NCBI GenBank assembly: GCA_904063045.1
Contig: CAJFCJ010000005.1
Span: forward strand, 482,685-546,684
Reading direction: 5' to 3'
Length of the DNA: 64,000 bases
From: Dimorphilus gyrociliatus
Taxonomy: Eukaryota; Animalia; Annelida
A model generated the notes under the pieces. That model was not told the DNA's origin, did no database searches, and saw only the letters and a program-made list of their open reading frames with translations. Numbering within the stretch: position 1 is the first letter of the stretch; each line of letters opens with the position of its first letter. The position numbers and the translations under genes were made by a program. Shown piece by piece: positions 1 to 13,100 of the stretch.

Positions 1-161
1 AAAATTTCTTCTTCTAAACTTGAAAAGGGAATAAATGACAATTACATTATTCAGCGAATGTATAAACTTTTTATCTATTGATTTATTAACGCAAACAACT
101 ATGCATATTCAAGTTAATCAAGTAAAGAATAGTATAAAGTGTAGCGAAACACAATTATTTA

Positions 162-3100
162 TTAAACCCAACAATAATCCTCCTTAAACCCTTCTTTTGT
201 TTGCATAGTATTATATATTTGTAGATTCCCTTCATTATTATAGTTAAGCGTAGATTCGATATACGTCAGATTAAGATAACGAAGACACGGCCTTTCTTCA
301 TTAATTTTACTTATCAAACACATGTCGATATCACAATAATCCAAACCAAGATATTCAAGATCTGAGCAATGTTTTACAACATTTTCTAAAATTTTTCTTC
401 CTTCTGAACGATTGATGTTATTTGATTTTATTGAGAATGATTTCAATTTTTTTGAGTATTCCAAAAACTGGACGATATCAATTACTAACTCATTTGTTAG
501 CTTACTATTATCCATAGATAATGTAGTTAGATTAGTGCTTTTTCTTAAAAATTTAAGGAGTTGCGAAGCTGAATCATTATTTATATTGTTCTTATTTATG
601 TTAAGATATTTTAAGTTGCTTAAGGCTCTTTCAATGTGTTCTCCAGAAATTTGTGTAAGCCCTACTTCTATCAATTCTAATTTAGTTAGTGAATTTATCT
701 GAAGCATTTTTTGTACCGTTACGTTGCTCAGCTCGTTGTTACCAATAGATAAAAGTTTAAGTTTCTTTAGCCTTTGAAGTTTTTCTACTAAACTCTTAGC
801 AACACTGTCCCGTAGTTTGTTTTCGTAGAGGAACAACTCTTTCAACGATAAGCATTTCTTCGTAATAGTTTCAAAAATTGAGAGCCATTCTTCATCTTTT
901 ATCTTTCCATTTTCACTGAACGAAAGCATTGTCAAGTTTGAAAGTTTTTCAAAATTAGAACAGAATTCTTTAATGTTCAAAATTTCACTTTTTTGTTTTA
1001 TTTGTCTCAAAATTAACTTTTCGATAGATTTTGATTTAAAATCAAGATTTTTCAGATCATTTTTGGCTGTATCGATCATTTTTAATTGTTCATTCTTCCT
1101 TACAACTTCCCAAAATGCATTTTCACATTCACGAGATTTTAACATTGCTCTAAAACCGATAACGTTTAATGAATGAGTATATTTGTTTAACGATTGTAAA
1201 ATTGATAAACATTGTTCTTTATTCATAAGACTTGTCCCAATGTCAAAAGAATGTAGAAATATATTATTCTCAAATATTGAATTCCATATGTTTGTTTCTA
1301 TATCCTTCTGGAAGAAACAATTCCTAAAGATTATCTGTCTAAGTCTTAACTTTCGACTGAGGGCAGTTAGAATATTTGTGTCAACAACAACTGAAGATAA
1401 TCGTATACATTGCAATTTACTACTTTGTTCGATAACATTAGAAATGTACTCTATGCTGGATTGTTTATCCTTTTTTTCAAGTATACATAAATCTTGTAAT
1501 GAAGAGTAAGATTTATCCTTCCATACTTCAAATATTCCATCCATGAATATTTTAGGAATATCCGTTTCTATTAATCTAAAAGTTGTTAACTTTCCCATAT
1601 TTTCAATCAGCTTTACAAGGAAAGAGATCTTATAATTGTACATTTTAAATCGTACTTTTGATAGTTCCAGTTTACATGAACTTGTATGAAATTTTAACTT
1701 GCAAAGACTATCTGCTGTTTTCATATCAATAACTATATTATTAATATACAATTGATCAAAAGTAATTGATAGATCTGCCAGAAACTCAATATAACTGGCA
1801 CGATATCTAAACGACGACGTTTGGTTAGAGAGATATAAAACTCTGCTCTTTATCTCATTTTCTATTAAAGCTTCTACTCTCTTTAGTGTGGATTTATTAA
1901 AAGAAATTTCGTTTATCGACTCGGATAAGATAATATCTTTAAATTCGGATTTTGATGAATGTTTCCCATCATCCGGAGAATTTAAAACTTTAAGATGAGA
2001 CAGATTTGTTAAACAATCGAGCAACACCAAAAATATTGATCTAGTTATTCCAGTATCGAAGATAAACAACTCTTTCAAACAGTTTACATGCTGTAATTCA
2101 GACAAAAATTTCGTCATAGATTCGTTATCGAAGTTATTAATAGCTATATCCAATTTCTTCAAATTTTTCATTTTTCCTATCATCTCTGTAAATTTGTATA
2201 GAAATGATTTTTCCAATTTACAAGATCTGATATTGATCTTTTGCAAAGAGTAATTACGAAACTCTATTAATTTCAACAGATCATTACCCTCAATTAAGTT
2301 ATTAGAAAGGTTAATATCTAATAAAGATGTTAAATTGAATGTACTTAACACCATACTATATATAACCAGATTACAATGACTTATATCGAGGCTTTTAATA
2401 TTATTGCAGCTGCGGAGTTCAGTCAGGATATAACCTATATCTTCAAGTTTCAAATTTGCATTTAAACTGAGATTAATCACTTCAGGATCTAACTTCGAAA
2501 GAAAAGTCATTCTTTCCACTTTCTCTGTTCTAAGTTCCGTATTAGAAAAATTTAAATTTTTCACAATTGTCCAATCAACGTTACATTTATTAAGCTTATC
2601 AAGTTTTACAACTGATAAGACCCGGTTTTTTATATTAAATAATCTATTACCATTCGTATTTTCAAAATCAAGTAAATAATCGTCAAACTTATGAAAGTCA
2701 AGAAGAATATCCAAATTGTTATCATTTTTCTTCTTTTCCCATATTATCTGTCTAACATCTTCTGAAATATTGTTATTTGTTATATCAAGATGCTTTGGGC
2801 AAAATTTTAAAAAGTCTTTTAAAGTAGGTCTGCTAATATTCGTGAATTGACAATTCTGTAAAACTAGTTGTTGCAGTTGTGCCTTTGATATTGGAATTTT
2901 CTTCAACAATAAATGTAATCCACCATCTTTTATAGGATTATTGGATAGATCTAAAGATTCTAAGCTTGTTAGAATATGAGTTTTTAGTAAGGGTTCTATG
3001 GAATTTATGTCGATTGAACAACTCTGAAGTATTAATCGGAAGCTACACGGCGTTGGGAGCTGAGCTAGTTGGTATGATAGATTCTTCATATCCTCAACTA

Positions 3101-4776
3101 AATGAAAATTAAAATATATATTACCTTAACTATTTAAAAGTATGATACAAACCGTCAAGTTTATTTTTGGATAGGTTTAGTTCTTTTAACTTCAGCTTCA
3201 AGAGAGCATTTGAGAAAAAGTCGGCACTTTTTAAGTTTATGAAGCATTTCACCAATGATAAACTTTTTAAATTAGTATTTTTTAAATCATTCCCAAAATT
3301 TCCATCAATTTTCATATTTTCCATGTAAAATGTATGCAGATTGTTGAAACTATTGATAACCAAAATGATATCTTTTGCAAAAACTTGTCCTGATGAAATT
3401 TTCAATAAGGATAAATCTTGAAAATCATTATTTCTGTTTATTTTGGCCAAATCTCCTAGCGAGAAATCAACTGAATGAAAAATGATTTCTCTTACTTTTT
3501 TCAGAATTTTTAAAATGATTTCTAGTTCTAGGCTATCTAATTTTTTGTATGAATAAATAAACTGATGACCTTCACCTTCTGGAATATCTTCTGCAGTTAT
3601 ATTTTCTGAAGTTTGAAAGATTTCTAAATTTTGTAAGCATATTTTGATGTACATTTCACTATCCATATATTTCAGAAACTGAAATATTGTTTTCCTTCTC
3701 CTCATCCATCTTTCCCAGTCAGGATGATTACTGTTTTGTTCGTCTGGTAACCTTTTATAAATAGCATAGTATCTAACAAAATGTTTTGCTATAAAGTATT
3801 CAAGAAATCCCGATCTTAACAATAAATCTTTTGTTGATCCGCCCTTTTCACAAATGGTTTTTGAGTAATCGCTATAGTAATTTTTTACTTTCGTTTTCCA
3901 AATTGTGTTGAATGCTATTTCTTCGAGTTCAGTAGAAAATTTATTGTAGGCATTAGTTTCAAACTTACGCTTTACTTCATCCTCAGCTGCTGAATATATT
4001 TGAAAGACATTGTCTATATCATTCAAACTTGTATAATTTGAAATTGCACCCTTTAGGGTATAATTAGCCAGAGTGCCAATAGAAGCTTTATTTTCTTTAT
4101 TCTTTATATGTAAATAGCTCGTTTTCAGAGTCATATCACTTGCTTGACTTGTTTTATCTCTGATACTTAATTCGGTAATACCATATGTCACATTTTTTTC
4201 AATAGGTTTCATGCCAGTTATCGTAAATAATGAATAACTTTTAGGTTTTATGATATTCCAGTCTGGGGTGGAGGCAATTAGGAAATAAGGTCGATTGTGC
4301 AGGGAGAATATCTTTTCGAGATTTTCATCTGCATGAAAACCGTAATCATCTGCAAAAAGTATTACTTTCCCCTCTTCCGTAGGCTTAGTTAGAAGGCTCT
4401 GTATATCATTTATTGTCACGTCTCTATCATTATCAAAATTTTGTTTCAATATGGAAACTTCGATTGGCTCGTTTGTAGATATTTTCTTACAGTCTAGCCA
4501 AAGAGTAATAACTTTTTGATGTTTCTGGGATTCATAGAAATTGCTTATCTCTTTTAGCACATAAGTTTTCCCCGAGCCTAAAGTCCCAGTCACGACAATT
4601 ACTTTATCTAGACTTTTATTCCATTTGTCGGAAACCATGTCATTGCCGGAGCTAAAGTTTATTTTCTTCTTTTCGTCTTCACTATATAACTCTAAAACAA
4701 TATCACTTTTATCAGTATACTTTTTTTTAATAGTCCTGTCTTTAATTTCACAGACTCTTGAGAAGATTTCTATCAT
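162..4776 (-). CDS. NACHT-LRR (NLR-like) protein 1, about 1519 aa, 2 exons
   Basis: Exons 4776-3153 and 3097-162. A 55-nt phase-1 GT-AG intron (3152-3098) joins the two track ORFs in frame. Walker A VIVVTGTLGSGKT, Walker B-like VILFADDY, FLEYFIAKHF motif, then ~1000 aa of RI-like LRRs (LxxLxLxxNxI). An extra 5' exon cannot be excluded. Confidence 0.88.
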
Positions 4777-4899
4777 TATTCGTCTTTTATGTTGGTCTCT
4801 TTCGAAAAGTGAATGATTAACAATACGAAAAAATATTAATACGCACTTACATTTCCCATTCCGTCTTCGAAAGTTGAACAGTAAGCACTCTATATTAGA

Positions 4900-7800
4900 A
4901 TGGACCCTGACGAAATTACAAAGTCAGTGATTAAGAGTCACAAAGAATATCTTGAAAAGATAAAAGATATTAACAAATTGGCTACTATTCCGATGGTATT
5001 AATAGAAAATCAGAAGGAAGACAGCGAACTACTTTTATTTTCCTGCCAGCAATATTTTACGAAATACTTGGAAGGCAAAAAGAGAATACTAATAAAGGGT
5101 TCGTTCTTTTCAGGAAAATCTTTTCTTTACAGAAAATTTCTTTATTTCTGGAGCAAATTGTCAACTCTTTATGACGAATTTCTTTTATTAAAACTATCAA
5201 TTCGTGACTTAAATGATTCAAGTACGCTTATTCAATCAATTATTGAACAAAATTCTCCTATTCAATCAAAAGAATTGGAATTAATCCTAAACAATAAATC
5301 CAGGGATTTTAAAAGGCCAATATTTTTGTTAGTGTATTGCGCAGAAGATTCAAACTTTTCACAAGATAATGACATAGAAAAATTACTTAGAGGGACAGAA
5401 AGACCAAGTATTTTTAAAAAAGTAATTGTCCTTTCAGATTTGTGGAAGGCAGATTTAATAGAAAATTCTTATGAGCTTATTCATGAAATAGATAAACTTT
5501 CCGAATATCACTTACATAGATTTCTGCAAGATGTTCTTCCGTACAAACCAATGAAGAGCATGATTTACGCAACTAGTAATATAGATTTGAGAAATTCTAT
5601 CTTATGTCTAATAGATTCAATAAGAGATGAGAAACCATTAATATTTAAAAGAGCCGGAGAGGTGGAATTTAGTTTTTGCCTGTCAAAGTTATGTACCCAA
5701 AGTCTATTTGAAAAAGCGAATACTCCTGAAGATGTCATTAAACTGCTTTTAGATAGTGTAGTGCGAGCGGAGTCTTCTGTGTCTGAGTGGTATTTCCTAG
5801 CATATAGAAGTATTACAGAATGCAATTATACGCATTTCCATCGAGTAGCTACAGATTCTGATTGCGATAGCGACTGTAAGGAACTCCTTAATCTAGCTGG
5901 GTTTAGAGAAGCTTTGTGTGCACAGTATATTGTTAATAATTTCGACGATTTTGAGAAAATTTATAATTCCAAGAAGGATAATGAAACTTGGTATAAAAAA
6001 ATCTATCATGTTTTACCATTCGTTCGTAATCTCGATTTTAAGATTTATTGGAGAATATGCATTGATAACAAACCTCTATTGGGTAAAAAGTTTGAAAATT
6101 TACCCAATCAACTTATAGATTTTATCCAAAGCCCTCAAAGTGCTTTATACATAAAAAATCAAAGTCTGGAATTTTCTCACCTAAAAATGGCGTTTTTAAT
6201 TGGAAATTCCTTGGAAGAGATCAATCTTCATCAGGTCGATATTGATTTCAAACAATTTGCCAGTTATAAGCTTGAAAGTTTACAAGCAGCTTTGAAGAAA
6301 TTTAGCCTATATAGCGGTCGAGATTTAACTATCAGTGATAAAGACATAAGGAAGTTTCTGTTAAATTTCAATGAGATTACCCATTTATCATTGGAAAGCT
6401 TATTTATCGAGCATTCTTCTGATATATCAAACAGCATAATGAACAAAACGCTGAATTTGAAATGCCTACATTTGAATAACTGTCATATGGAGGAAGAGGA
6501 ATGGAAATGTATATCAAAATTTCTAACAGTATCTCCATTCCTTGAAGAGTTAGATTTTTCAAACAATATCATTAGAGGTAAGTTCAAGACTACAATGTAA
6601 AATACTTTTAAAACATTCATTTGTATTTTTAAACAGGAGAAGCATTTGAAAAGATCCTCCAAAGTTTAAAAGAATCGAAAAATGTCAATAACAGTTGCAA
6701 ATTGAAAAAACTTCTATTAAGCAATTGTTCTGTAAATTATATCATTTGCAATCTTTTGACAAATTCCCTTGATTTTCTATCAGATTTGGTTGAATTAGAT
6801 ATGAGTTATAACCCTGGAATTGAAAATAGTAATGCCTATGTTATGATATCCAAGTTATTGTCTTGTCCAAATTTGACAAATGTCGATTTTAGTAATTGCA
6901 ATTTAAAGCCGAATAAAGTGAATTTTACAATGTTGACAAATCCTAATTTAAAGTTGAAACTTGATGGATTAGTATATTGCAGATATATGGCTTTCTCCTT
7001 GAATAATCAACATGATTTCAATAGTATCATCTGGAATCGACAACTGGAATATAACGGATTCGAATATCTGGAAACCCTTTACATAAATGAAGCAAAATTC
7101 ACCAATGATGCAATCAGCATTGTAAGAGATGCATTTTCTCACAATAAAATAAAGAATTTAATTGTTACCGATCTTACGAGCTGTCTCTCTCAGAACATAT
7201 TCGACTATGTCTCCGAAGACAATGATTTAGAACTTTTCGACTTAAGTGGCAATATTCTTTCGACAGAAGCTGTTCATGCAATATGGAATACACTCGAAAG
7301 GCCACATTCTGTAAAGAAATTATTCTTTGCTGATTGTTCCCTACCATTTACGTTTTTTAGAGATAGTGAGGGCGATATTAGATTTCCTGATGGGGTGGAA
7401 GAACTGAAATTATCTGGCAATAGAATAAATAGTACAGATGTTGCTAACATAATTCTTAGAAGGCGCTTGAAAAAAATCTGGTTAAGTAGATGCTCCTTAA
7501 ATGTTTCTTTCTGTGAAAAAATCTTAAATGGTCACAATGCTGTAAAGGGTCTAGCATCTATCGATATATCCTACAATTATCTAGGTAACGATGTAATCAA
7601 ACAGCTTCTTACGAGCCTTCACGAATCAGAAAATCTTGATGAGCTATACATTTACAAAACGGGCATAACGAAAAGTATTCTATTACACCTCTTTCAATTC
7701 ATTGACAAAAATAGAGGTTTAAGAATTTTAAACTCTCCTTGTTTTGATCAAGTTGCACAATTTTCGAAATCCGAACCGCAAATTAAATTTGTAAAATTCA

Positions 7801-9659
7801 TGGATGATGTAGATTCAATCAACTGCAATTTAATAATGGTTAAAACGTTGCAAAGTGTCCTTAAACAAGTCATAGAAACAAAAGTTTTAAAGATATCAGA
7901 AAAGCTTACACCTATCGATTTTCTGAAGGAATATTTAGATCTTATCATATCTTTGGAATTATCAATTACAGTGTTAGACATACAATATATTAAATATGAG
8001 AAAGAGGTTTTTGAGAAACTTCTTAATTTGAAATTTACAGATAAAAGACCAACAAGTCTTATAGTATCAAGATTAAGATGTAAGAGAAATGAATATCCTA
8101 TTGAATTTTTTACGACTCGCTTTCTTCCGAAAATGGCAAAAGTCTGGCAGATACATTTCCATGATTTAAAAACTCCAAATTATAGCTGGTATATGAATTT
8201 GAGTGCTGTTAAAAGCCTTAGACAGCTATCAGTTATTTATCCCTATACTCAGTCAGATGGACTTTCATTTTTGGCTAAGCCTTTAATAATCCAGAATCGT
8301 TATATTAACCACCTCAATCTCGCTGGAAATGTGATATCCAATGTAACCTTAGAAGCCCTTAAAACATGTACTCATTTACGGAGTTTAAATTTCTGGAAAT
8401 GTAAATTTCAGGAACATGAACCTGAAATATGGAAGACTATTATAGAACAAAATGCCACTACTTTGATATCCCTTGATTTAGGGCTAAGTAATATTCAGAA
8501 CTCAAGTCTAGAGGAAATTATAGGGGCTTTTACGGAGCTAGAAGAATTTCCTCTAAAACAGCTGGGACTAAGAGCTTGTGAATTAACTTCTAATATACTG
8601 GAAAAATTGAGCAAAGTTCTTGAAAAATGTAAGGTTATGAAACTTCTAGATCTTTCTGCTAATAAACTTACTGATACATTCCTAATTGATATAGGCAGAA
8701 AATCATTTCAATCCTTTCAGTGGTTTCTTAAAAATACTAAACCCGATTCCGAAGCTCTTAAATATGCTTTAAACCATTCAGAAAATATACAGGTTCTATC
8801 TCTAAGCGAGAATAAAAATTTCGATAACAAATGCTTAAAAGTTTTAGAGACTTGGGTAAAGAATTCTAATTTGAAGGAACTGTTTGTTCATGACTGCCGA
8901 CTTACTGCATCTTGCGGTTTGTCTTTTGCTAAGATAATAAGAAAGCACGCAAATTTAAACTTATTATCAGCTTCAGGAAACAATATTGGAGATAACGATT
9001 GCAGAAAAATACTGAAAGGGCTGAAATCATCGAAAATCACTATTTTGGATCTTGACAGAGTAGGCATGACAGAAGCTATTGGGACACAATTGCGAGATTC
9101 AGTAGGCTCGTTAAAAAACTTAACATACTTAAGTTTAAATGATAATCCACTTGGTGATGACTGCGGTATGCACTTATTGATTAGTCTTATCGGATGTTCA
9201 AATTTGAAATTCTTGTACTTAAATAATTGTGGATTTACGTCAAAGATTGAAAAGACATTTTTGAAATTACTGAAACTTTTGACAAAATTATCATCTCTGT
9301 CCTTAAATGGTAATAATTTCGAGGAAAAGTCATACATTGAATATTTATCGTTGATAAATTGCACTTGCACTAAAGTATCGGCACTAAGTTTTGAAGAATG
9401 CAAATTAACTAAAAATATGAATCAAGTATTTCGTCAAAGTTTCATGAAATTAACTGATCTTGAATATCTGAGCTTGAAAGATAATCCAGACCTTGATGAG
9501 GGTCTTTTCGAGATAATTTATGTGAATTTTAACTATTTGAGAGTAAGGATGGATGATTCTAACATTGAAAATAGCTTTCAAAACGTACTATACTCTTATA
9601 ATAAGGACGTTGGACCAATATCAACTATTGTTATAAATCCAGGTCCAATAAGAGGCTAA
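4900..9659 (+). CDS. NACHT-LRR (NLR-like) protein 2 with degenerate NTPase motifs, about 1566 aa, 2 exons
   Basis: Exons 4900-6577 and 6637-9659, with a 59-nt phase-1 intron (GTAAGT...AAACAG), in frame. Walker A RILIKGSFFSGKS. The Walker B position reads IFLLVYCAED. Long RI-like LRR array follows. Confidence 0.88.
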
Positions 9660-10192
9660 ATTCAATTTTCTTTGTCACTAAGCGGCTTGTCTGTTATGTT
9701 AGAAAGTTCACTTGTCTGAGAGATTGAATAATTGCAGTATTCCAGAAAATTATATATGATTATTTCAACTATTACATTAATAAACACAATGAAAAATACA
9801 CAGAATTCGCTTTATTTATCCAATACATTATAATAAATGAAGTTTATTCATAACTGTATAGAATGTTAGTTTACAAAGCCTAGTTTATTAAATAACATTA
9901 AAGGTGTTTGAGAACCTGATCGCGATCAGTAGGTGTTGTTGTGGTGGTCAGACATATATATATATATATATACATAAGTATCAAGTCTCATGTGTCATAC
10001 GACGAGACATAATCTCGTAGTTACGTAATCACGTGTATCCACACGTGATAATTATTAGCTTTGGTCATTAGAATACAGCAACCGTTTGATACGGTTACCG
10101 ACAGTAAATATACATAGTTCGTAATCGTAGAAGAACCGATCTTCAACAAAAGGAACTAAACTATGGAGAAAGGGACAAAACTATTTATCTCG

Positions 10193-13100
10193 TTAGTGAA
10201 ACATGGGATATTCTAGTCTGCAATTTTTATATACATTTCTCAATTTTTTGGCTTGTTCCATTTGTGCCATTACTTCCTGTCTAACGTCAGAAGTTTCGTT
10301 TTCTTCAATTTTCAAGTATAATAGGATAATTTTCTTCCTATCCATACATTTCTTTATGTCGTGCCACATCTTTATAGGTATATTAACTAAATCTTCATTA
10401 CGTAACAAACTTATACTTATTAGTCTCCTTGTATAGATTGCTATTTTTACTAGGTCTGAACATATTGAATTGTGCAAATTGCAATCATCCATTTCAATAT
10501 ATTCAATATTTTGACAACAGATTTTTAGTTTAGAGAGGATTTCTTTTCCAGACTTTCCTATTTGATTACCACTGAATATGAATTGTTGGAGCTTTTGGAG
10601 ATTTTCAAGTCCTTTTAAAATGTGACGCTCTATCTCATTAGTAAAGCCACATTCCCTTAAACTTAGTTTTTTTAGATTATTTAAGCGTTTTTCTATTGAA
10701 AGAAAGAGCTTCTTGCCAACACTGTTGCCCAATTTATTGTTATCGATTTCTAATATAGTAAAATTTGTATGACAACTCAACGTGTTCCCCAACAAATTTA
10801 TATCATTCGTGACCAATCCTATCTTCTCTATGTTCAACTCTAAAAAGCTATTGTTCTTTCTTTTTGCAATGGCCCTTAAAATTCTTTCTGAACCTAAACA
10901 ACCAAATTTATTTTCTCCAATACGAAGTATTTTTAAATTGGTCATTTTTTCAATAATATCGCTTAGGCTCTCAACAGCTTCGCAGTTCATGTTACAATTC
11001 TTTATACATAGGGCATACAGTTTGGGACAATTCTCATTCAAAGTTCTTAGAATTTCCACTCCGGTACGTGTTCCAATGTCGTTGGAACTGATGGAAAACG
11101 TATGCAATTTGTGTTGATTTTCTAAGACTTGTTGACAAAAGACACTTGATAGATTATAGTCAAAATCATTACCCTTTAAGAGTAGCTTTCTTAAAGTTTT
11201 TGTCTCATTACGAACTAATTCAGAAGCTATTTCATAAAGAGTTTGATTACCAATATTACATTTAGCCAAATCCAGAACTTTTAGTTCTGAATGATTAGAT
11301 ATAAAATTAACAAAATTACTACATTCGTTAATGTGTAGTTCTCCGAAGCCTATCTGCTCTAAATTGTTAAATTTACAATTTTTGAAGATTCGAAAAAGTG
11401 TTTCGTGTTTTAAGTCTGATTTTCCAAAGTCAATAAGATTTAAATTCGGATTATTATTTAGAACATCTTCCAAGAGTGATTCCGAATTATCTTTAAACGT
11501 ACTCATAAAGAATGAGAGTATTACCAAATTACTACATCGTTTCATACTTTGAATTATTTGCATCGAGATGGAAATATTAGTGAGAATTAAGCTTGTCAAA
11601 TTGATATTCTGAGCAATTAAAGTCGGGAACGTTATAAAGAATGTTCCAGATTTCATATGATCAATAGAAAGTTGCTTTATAGAACCATAATAAAATTCCT
11701 GATCTTCATAATTTTCCATTGGTTGTTCTTCACAATGTTCTATTGGCTGTTGAACACTCGATAGATCAACTTTAACTGCTTTTTTAAAGTATTTATTAAA
11801 AAAGCCAGCAGCATTACTATCCTCAAAAGACGTATTCGATAGTTTCAGAGTTAGAGGGAAATCTTCCGAGTACTTTATCTGTCTTAACAGATTCATACAT
11901 TCTGTATTGATGGGCATATCAAGAATGAAAAGAGAGCAAATTTCCATATTATTCTCTTTGATAGTTTCTAAAAAGTGGGGTAAAAATCTGGAGCAAACAC
12001 TTTTCTTCCGTAAACCCAAGAATTTATTATTGATAACTAGTTCAAGTAAATTATAAATACTATTGAATTTATATAAACTAAATATCTCTTCATCAATTTC
12101 TTTAATATGTTGAATAAATTCAAATTTTTTAAAACTCTCTTGATAACACATATTATCCCTACCATTCGTTGAGTTCAATTTACGAAGATATTTGAGATTA
12201 TGAATGCATTTAGCAAGAGGAATAAAGTGTTTTTTTCTTAAACCAGTCTGGAAAATGTACAATTCTTCGAGTTTTGTACCATATTGCGGAAATATGTTTG
12301 TTAAAATATTAGAAATTTGTTCACTTGTCAATGTATTTCTCGATATATTCAATACTTTTAAGCCATTGAAATGAGTTAACAAATTCTTTATTTCCTCCAA
12401 AGTAATACAATTCGTAAAACAATTAGATATATCCAATTGTTCAATTGCCTCATTCGTTCCGATTAGTGAGAAGAAACTTTCGTTATCAATTGAAATATTT
12501 GAAAATTCAATGACTCTTAGAAGATTTATCAGATTTAGATTTGGAGTCATGTCATGATGTTTTATCCTTAAAGAGTTATTGAAATATAGTTTTTTAATAT
12601 TTGAAGGATTTAAATCTTCTATATTCAATGGGTTATAGCTTATATCCAAAGTTTCCAGTTGACTTAATCTCCTTAAAATACTTTCAATAGAATTTAAGTT
12701 ACAATTCGCCAGAATTAGACTTTTTAAATTTGTAAATCTCTCTAAAAAGTTAGAACCATCATCCCCACTAAAATCAATTCCAGAAAAATCAGCCGATTTA
12801 AGCGAATGAGAACCTAAACCTTTATTTTGAGTAAATATTACTTTAATTTCAACCATTTCAAAACCACAATTACCAATACTAAGATTTGATAATTTTATCA
12901 AATTTGATAACTGATCACAAATCTCTAGTCTATTTGATTTGTCAAGTAGCTCATTATTCGATATATCTATCAATGTTAACTCTTTGCAAATCTTATGTGA
13001 GAAATCAAACTTCAGAAAACTAATCGAACAGTTCTGCAGCTTCAGTTCACTTAGATTACAATCACTAATCGAATTTAGCATCATTCTCGCTCCATCATCT

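Noticed and set aside
4799-4859. ATG GGA AAT|GTAAGT on the minus strand, a possible myristoylated MGN first exon for NLR1
   Set aside because: The donor is perfect, but I found no AG acceptor giving the required phase 0 into the NLR1 frame. It may be a 5' UTR exon or chance.
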